From: Candidatus Micrarchaeota archaeon
GTDB lineage: Archaea > Micrarchaeota > Micrarchaeia > Micrarchaeales > CABMGC01
Length of the DNA stretch: 49,117 bases
Reading direction: 5' to 3'
Assembly (NCBI GenBank): GCA_023270015.1
Contig: JAGDXZ010000013.1
Location: 1 to 49,117 of the forward strand
Shown: positions 44,254 through 49,117 of the stretch, in pieces
How positions within the stretch are numbered: the stretch's first letter is position 1
Layout: every line of letters starts with the position of its first letter
Position numbers and translations under genes: made by a program
The notes under the pieces: model-generated
The model's database searches: none
What the model saw: only the letters and a program-made list of their open reading frames with translations
Told to the model about the DNA's origin: nothing

Positions 44254-45219
44254 CTAGCCCTCAAGCCTCTTGTAAAGCCGCGTAATAAGCTCGTTCAGAC
44301 CTAGCTCTGAAACGCTATAATCTATTATGTTTCTGTTTGCCAAGATATCTGCAAATCTTTTACTCTTTATCTGCTTGCCGCTAACTTCTAGTCTTGCTAC
44401 GTCAAATCCTTTGTAAACAACCTTCCCTATTCCAATGTCTATCTGTGCGCCGGGCTTGAACTTTATTTCGAGTATTCTTTTGTTTCCGAACATGCGCGAA
44501 AGCTCTTTGACGGTGCCGTCAAAGGCCATATGGCCTTCATGCAGTATTAGGATTCTGTCGGCTATGCTTACGTCCTCTATTATATGGGTGGTTAGGAAAA
44601 AGGTAGTGCCATATCTGCTCCTCATGTCAAGTATTGCCTTCTTTATATGCGCCTTTGAAATTATATCTATTCCTATAGTGGGCTCGTCCAGGAAAACAAT
44701 CTTTGGCATGTGCAGTATTGAAGCCACGAAGTTGCACTTCATCTGCTCGCCTAGCGACATTGTGCGCGCTGGCTTCCTATAAACCCGCCTTAATTCGAGA
44801 AGGTTGACAAAGTAGCGCAGGTTCTTGTTGAACACAGGTTTTGGTATTTTGTATATTTTTCTCATGAATTCGAAGGTGTCATATGCTGGCAAGTTCCAGT
44901 TTATTTGCGTGTGCGCTCCGAGCACAACGCCTATGTCAAAAGCAAGCTTTATCCGCTCTTTCCACGGGTCAAGGCCTAGAACGGTGGCAGTTCCACTATC
45001 CGGAGACATGATTCCCGTGAGTATCTTTATCAGTGTCGACTTGCCGCTGCCATTCCTGCCCAGAAGAGCCACTATCTCGCCGTTTTGCACCGAGAAGCTT
45101 ACCTTGTCTAGGGCCTTCTTGACAAGGTATTTCCTGCGCCACGACGCGAGGAAGCCCCTGCTTTTTGTTTCATATACCTTGTAGCTTTTCGAAATGCTTT
45201 CTGCCTTTATTACTTCCAT
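44254..45219 (-). CDS. ABC transporter ATP-binding protein
   Basis: Walker A GRNGSGKST, signature MSLGEQMK, Walker B IVFLDEPTIGID. Confidence 0.9.
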   Translation of the reverse strand: MEVIKAESISKSYKVYETKSRGFLASWRRKYLVKKALDKVSFSVQNGEIVALLGRNGSGKSTLIKILTGIMSPDSGTATVLGLDPWKERIKLAFDIGVVLGAHTQINWNLPAYDTFEFMRKIYKIPKPVFNKNLRYFVNLLELRRVYRKPARTMSLGEQMKCNFVASILHMPKIVFLDEPTIGIDIISKAHIKKAILDMRSRYGTTFFLTTHIIEDVSIADRILILHEGHMAFDGTVKELSRMFGNKRILEIKFKPGAQIDIGIGKVVYKGFDVARLEVSGKQIKSKRFADILANRNIIDYSVSELGLNELITRLYKRLEG

Positions 45220-45354
45220 TTCCTCTTTTAACAGATGCTTTCTTTAAAATTTTAAAATATTTGTACAATAAGCAGCATAGCTTGATGCCTCTGGCTGGCC
45301 CCTTTTCTGCAAAAACAAAAATAAATAAAAAACAAACTGCATAGTATATTAGAA

Positions 45355-45427
45355 GCCCTGGTAGCTCAGCCGGTAGAGCGCCTGTCTTGTAAACAGGAGG
45401 CCGAGGGTTCAAATCCCTCTCAGGGCT
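45355..45427 (+). tRNA. tRNA-Thr (anticodon TGT)
   Basis: Acceptor GCCCTGG/TCAGGGC. Anticodon arm CCTGT-CTTGTAA-ACAGG. T arm GAGGG-TTCAAAT-CCCTC. Confidence 0.9.
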
Positions 45428-45562
45428 TATGTACAAATGGTTCGTTGCCCTTTTGACATGGAACAGCTTCTTTTAGTGGGTAAATCGGCACAACTGTAGG
45501 ATGTTGGATTTTAAATGCCTATTCTTCAAGTACAGGTCGATTCTCTGCTATGGTGATTGTAT

Positions 45563-47647
45563 CTAATTTGCAGGTAGTTGTTTTACTCCGCTATCCAATA
45601 CTTGATTTACATTTATTAGATTTAATTCCCCTGCATTTTGATAGCTCGTGAATTCTGTATCTCCTTCTGATTCGGCTTGACTAAAACTTGCTCCTCCCCC
45701 CATCATTGTAGTTTCTATGCAATCTACGATGTGGCTGTTGCTAGTCGTTTGAACGCAAACAAAAGCATGTCCAGGAACAAGAGCTATATAGGTCTGCATA
45801 CCTATTGCCACAGTTGCGCTTGCGAATACCAAAGTGCCATCTATGCAATTTTCTCCACCAGCAGCTAAGCTTTGAACAGGTGTATATACAGTTTGTTCAC
45901 CATAAAAGTCAGTTGGTGCGTTTACATAGTGCATCCCCTCAGATTGAAGCTGATTATATATTGCCTGCAGCTGTAGGTTTGTGGTCTCCGAAGCATTGCA
46001 TGGTGAAAGACCAAGCAGACCGCATCCAGAAGGATAAGTTTCGCTATAACCAACCATGGCTTTGCCTGGAAGGTTTAAGGATGCGTTTGCAACCAACTGA
46101 TGAATAGCAGGAGCAGTAGGCTGCACCCATGCTGCAATCAAGTTATCATATAATCCGCCAAACCAATCCATTGTATTGAAACTTGTAAGATTTGCAGGGT
46201 AACTATTTTGATAAACGACATTACCTTTTGAATCGGTAACGGTTAGCTGATAAGTTACTGTCTGTGCTTGAAGATTAGAGAATACTTGACTGCTTAGAGG
46301 GAGGTTCAGATGTAAGATGATGCTTGAGCCAGGTGGTATTGTAATATCTTGGCTAACCGGTGAACTCCAAGAAGGTATTTGGAGTGTTACTGTGCCCATA
46401 AAAGTACCAGATCCAGAATTTGATATTTCTATGGTGGTCATGTTTGTCTGCAAATATGCGGTGTTTATCGCAAAGGCAGGCACTATTGGGTTGCCTACAT
46501 ATGGTGTCATAGCAAATTGAACACTTAAACTCGTAGTTGGAAGTAAACTTATTGTAATGCCGCTGGATATTGAGGAATTGGAATAAATATAAGCATTGAT
46601 GGTAGCTTGTCCTGCTAGGTTGGGTGCAGTATAGACTACACTGCAACTTCCTGAACTATCCGTCGTGCAATAATTTTGTATATTGCCTTCATTAGTATAA
46701 AATGAGACTTTAGTATTTCCTACAGGATTTCCTAACCTGTTAGTTACTTTTGCAGTTATTATGGTTGTACTGTACCCATTTCCATTTATTGAATTATTAA
46801 GGGCAGTCAAAGAAACTGATGAAGGAGTCAAAGGCTGTAATGTGATATTTGTTGAAGCAGTTGCATTGTATGATGTGGCAGATATAGTTATGTTACCAGG
46901 AAAAATTGATGCAGTATAAGTAACTTGACACTTGCCATTAACTGTGGCGCAAGAAGTAGAAGACAATGAGCCACTACCACTCAAACTAAATGTAACTTGC
47001 GTTCCATCAGGCACAGGGCTGCTCTGATTGTCATAGGCACGAACAATTATTGTTGTTGAAGAGCTACCATCTGCAGGTAAACTTGGATTTATTGCGCTTA
47101 AAACCAGTTTTGTTGTAGGATCTGGATTAACTTTCACCAATATAGTTTTTGTTATGCTACCAATACTCAAAGTAATATTAATATACGAAGGCGTTGCCTG
47201 CTTCGGTGGAGTAAATATTACTTCGCAACTGCCAGAATTGTCTGTGGTACATCCACTTACCGAACCTCCATTTGTCGAGGCTTGAATAGAAGCGCCACTT
47301 ATTGGCGTATTTAAGTTGCTAAACAAAGAAACAGGGATTTGGTAGCTAGATTTCCCATTTCCGATGAAGTTTTGAATTGAACTCGAATACATTGATGAAA
47401 TATGATTCGGTGTGGAGTTTTGTACAAACAAATACGCACCTATCAGTGCTACTATAATCACAGCCAAAATTATGAAAAATCTAGGTTTAAAGCGTCCCAG
47501 TATAATTTTCTCTTCTTGTGTCCTATTCATCGAAGCTGATTTTTTAATCAATTTTTCATTTTCTACATCTTCCTTTTTCAGTTTTAAATACTCATTTCTA
47601 TTGATCTCTCCTTTTGCATACTTAATCTCAACTTTGGTATCTTTCAT
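45563..47647 (-). CDS. Type II membrane protein: N-terminal SHOCT module, TM, three Big_1-like Ig domains, a beta-rich domain, C-terminal transglutaminase-like domain
   Basis: SHOCT module: VEIKYAKGEINRNEYLKLKK. TM: FFIILAVIIVALIGAYLF. Big_1-like units: LPADGSSSTTIIVRAYD..PVPDGTQVTF...CATVNGKC and two relatives. The C-terminal 202 aa carry GENCIDGTLVFAS...PGHAFVCV...VDCIE, a candidate C-H-D triad. Confidence 0.7.
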   Translation of the reverse strand: MKDTKVEIKYAKGEINRNEYLKLKKEDVENEKLIKKSASMNRTQEEKIILGRFKPRFFIILAVIIVALIGAYLFVQNSTPNHISSMYSSSIQNFIGNGKSSYQIPVSLFSNLNTPISGASIQASTNGGSVSGCTTDNSGSCEVIFTPPKQATPSYINITLSIGSITKTILVKVNPDPTTKLVLSAINPSLPADGSSSTTIIVRAYDNQSSPVPDGTQVTFSLSGSGSLSSTSCATVNGKCQVTYTASIFPGNITISATSYNATASTNITLQPLTPSSVSLTALNNSINGNGYSTTIITAKVTNRLGNPVGNTKVSFYTNEGNIQNYCTTDSSGSCSVVYTAPNLAGQATINAYIYSNSSISSGITISLLPTTSLSVQFAMTPYVGNPIVPAFAINTAYLQTNMTTIEISNSGSGTFMGTVTLQIPSWSSPVSQDITIPPGSSIILHLNLPLSSQVFSNLQAQTVTYQLTVTDSKGNVVYQNSYPANLTSFNTMDWFGGLYDNLIAAWVQPTAPAIHQLVANASLNLPGKAMVGYSETYPSGCGLLGLSPCNASETTNLQLQAIYNQLQSEGMHYVNAPTDFYGEQTVYTPVQSLAAGGENCIDGTLVFASATVAIGMQTYIALVPGHAFVCVQTTSNSHIVDCIETTMMGGGASFSQAESEGDTEFTSYQNAGELNLINVNQVLDSGVKQLPAN

Positions 47648-47666
47648 ACAATCTCCGAATAGTTTA

Positions 47667-48341
47667 CTATCCCGAGGTACTAAGTTGGCAAATTGGTGGA
47701 TTAGTTAATATTAATTTATATCCTGCTGGGCATGCATCATATAATACACATTTACCTAATGTATGGTTAAAAATATAACTAGGGGGGCACTGAGGCGGAG
47801 GAACACACATGTGCATGTAATTATTATATTCTGCTCCAGCAATACACGCCGTAGGGGGAGACTCACAGTTTTGATTATTTTCCCACACAGCGTAAGCAGG
47901 GCATGGGGGCAATACTCGAATAGTAAAATTGCAAGTTGCCCCATTACAATGACCAACTTGAGTAGTGGAATTATTATAATTCCAATATTTATAGAAGCAT
48001 TGTGGAGGTATTGAAGAACTATTGAAATAAAAATTTGAAGGGCAGGTAGGTTGTACTTCACACAAATTTCCAGAAGCACATAAGGGAGTTAATGTAAGTG
48101 GCTTTGGTGGATTGAATATTCCTGTTTGAGTAATAAAGATAGCCACAACAATCAAAATCAACATAATAATAAAAGACTTTAATACTAAATGATTATTTGG
48201 TTTTTTGTTTATTTGATTTGCATTTGTTGATTTACTCACTTCTCCTACTAAATCTTTTAGCATCTCTTTATATTGTTTCTCTGTAATCTCTCCCTTTGCA
48301 TAGCGGTGCTTAAGAATTTTTATAAATTCTTCATCTGCCAT
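47667..48341 (-). CDS. Type II membrane protein: N-terminal SHOCT module, TM, Cys-rich extracellular domain
   Basis: SHOCT module: ILKHRYAKGEITEKQYKEMLKDL. TM: FIIMLILIVVAIFI. The ectodomain has many Cys in repeated C-P-x-x-Y/F...C units (TCPSNFYF, PCPAYAVW, QCPPSYIF, ACPAGYKL). Confidence 0.7.
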   Translation of the reverse strand: MADEEFIKILKHRYAKGEITEKQYKEMLKDLVGEVSKSTNANQINKKPNNHLVLKSFIIMLILIVVAIFITQTGIFNPPKPLTLTPLCASGNLCEVQPTCPSNFYFNSSSIPPQCFYKYWNYNNSTTQVGHCNGATCNFTIRVLPPCPAYAVWENNQNCESPPTACIAGAEYNNYMHMCVPPPQCPPSYIFNHTLGKCVLYDACPAGYKLILTNPPICQLSTSG

Positions 48342-48345
48342 TAAA

Positions 48346-48930
48346 CTACCCCCCTAGGTCCTTTTTCATTTGTTTATATTGCTTCTTTGTAAGTTCTCCT
48401 TTAGCATATCTTTCTTTTAAGATTGCAATTGCATCTTCTTTTTCAACTTCTTCTTCTACTTTAAATTTAGTATTGCTTCGAGTTATGTTGGGAATCTTTG
48501 ATTGGTGTTTTAAGGCAAATATTGTTGCAAAGCTTCCACCTATTACTAGGATAAAGCCTATTAATAACCCACCATAATCAATGAGACTAATTATTGCCAA
48601 AATTATAATTGCTATGGATAAGTTTATTGTTTTTGAACTAGATCTCTCTGAATAAGCAAGGCCAACGAGAAGAAACACTATTACTGCGGAAAGAATTCCT
48701 ATAAAACCAATAAGATTAAAACCATATACCTGGTGTGGCATACCGTAACTGCAAGATTCAATTTCGAATCCCAGAGGCCAAGTATTACTTAAAAAGTGTG
48801 TGCTGGTAATGGTATTGTTATAGTTTTCACAATACCATGCCACAGGTGCCCATGCCGTACTCACTCCGACTATTAATATAATTAGGCCACCAATCAAAAT
48901 TGCAAGAAAATTTCCAAGCTTCATGACCAT
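48346..48930 (-). CDS. 4-TM membrane protein with a C-terminal SHOCT module
   Basis: Four hydrophobic segments. The first extracellular loop has two Cys and an NNT sequon. The C-terminal ILKERYAKGELTKKQYKQMKKDL matches the SHOCT pattern. AGGTG SD and a TATA-like ATATTTAAAATTT lie upstream. Confidence 0.7.
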   Translation of the reverse strand: MVMKLGNFLAILIGGLIILIVGVSTAWAPVAWYCENYNNTITSTHFLSNTWPLGFEIESCSYGMPHQVYGFNLIGFIGILSAVIVFLLVGLAYSERSSSKTINLSIAIIILAIISLIDYGGLLIGFILVIGGSFATIFALKHQSKIPNITRSNTKFKVEEEVEKEDAIAILKERYAKGELTKKQYKQMKKDLGG

Positions 48931-49117
48931 AGCTGCACCTATAGTAACTAATTGTTAAATTTTAAATATCTTCTTACGATGAGCAATTTTGTTATTAAAT
49001 AAAATTTCTTTAAAATCCTTGTTTATTTGTGTTTAAACAAACGATCTTTATGCAAGGCAAGCAAATACCTGTCTGGAGCCTATCGTTAAAATTTCAAAGC
49101 AAAGTAGGGCTGGAATT

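Larger units (their letters stand above)
45428..49117. other. AT-rich accessory segment starting at the 3' end of tRNA-Thr and running off the window (possible genomic island)
   Basis: The drop in G+C relative to the flanking ABC and housekeeping genes is visible by eye. It starts exactly at a tRNA 3' end. Its content is three surface or membrane proteins of unusual architecture. No integrase or second att copy lies inside the window. Confidence 0.4.

Noticed and set aside
45428-49117. Search for a second copy of the tRNA-Thr 3' end (attR), an integrase or a transposase in the AT-rich segment
   Set aside because: None was found by eye. Only trivial matches such as aaatcc occur. The island hypothesis therefore rests on composition, position and gene content only, and the boundary may lie beyond the window.
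1-49117. CRISPR arrays, IS elements, rRNA genes, inteins, tRNA introns and C/D-box sRNAs in intergenic spacers
   Set aside because: I saw no regularly spaced direct repeats and no terminal inverted repeats with a transposase. I also saw no rRNA-like stretches and no convincing C-box/D-box pairs in the spacers larger than 100 nt. The four complete tRNAs fold without introns.

Overview
Densely packed archaeal chromosomal segment. Archaeal markers are aIF5A, ribosomal proteins S24e and S27ae, aRF1, Hel308, an ATP-dependent DNA ligase, FtsZ plus SepF, and TATA-like boxes about 25-30 nt upstream of many start codons. I call about 55 protein genes and 5 tRNAs: Phe (partial, at the window edge), Asn, Gly, Leu and Thr. 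No rRNA, CRISPR array, transposase or integrase was seen. Core content: a suf Fe-S operon (regulator-sufB-sufD-sufC-sufS); gatC-gatA-gatB-tRNA(Asn)-aspS; an RHH-small ORF-cysD-cysN operon; isoprenoid genes; aRF1; SerRS; DNA ligase; tandem ftsZ1-ftsZ2 with sepF nearby; aIF5A-S24e-S27ae; Hel308; glycosyltransferases; two ABC exporters. Two visibly AT-richer stretches (judged by eye, not computed) each sit immediately 3' of a tRNA gene. The first is a 1.2 kb islet after tRNA-Phe, bracketed by a duplicated tRNA 3' end, with a decayed HepT toxin gene just outside it. The second starts after tRNA-Thr and runs off the window; it carries a three-gene operon of membrane proteins that all have a cytoplasmic SHOCT module fused to different extracellular domains. 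This operon is the best candidate for an undescribed system. Other points: gatB's last codons and stop lie inside tRNA-Asn; gatA has an in-frame, homology-bearing extension up to gatC's TAG with no canonical start; an RHH protein copies the CysD C-terminal tail; a protein is built of four ribosomal-stalk P1-like repeats; an encapsulated-ferritin homologue has no encapsulin gene beside it. All calls come from reading the sequence and ORF translations and from remembered family motifs; no database search was run.
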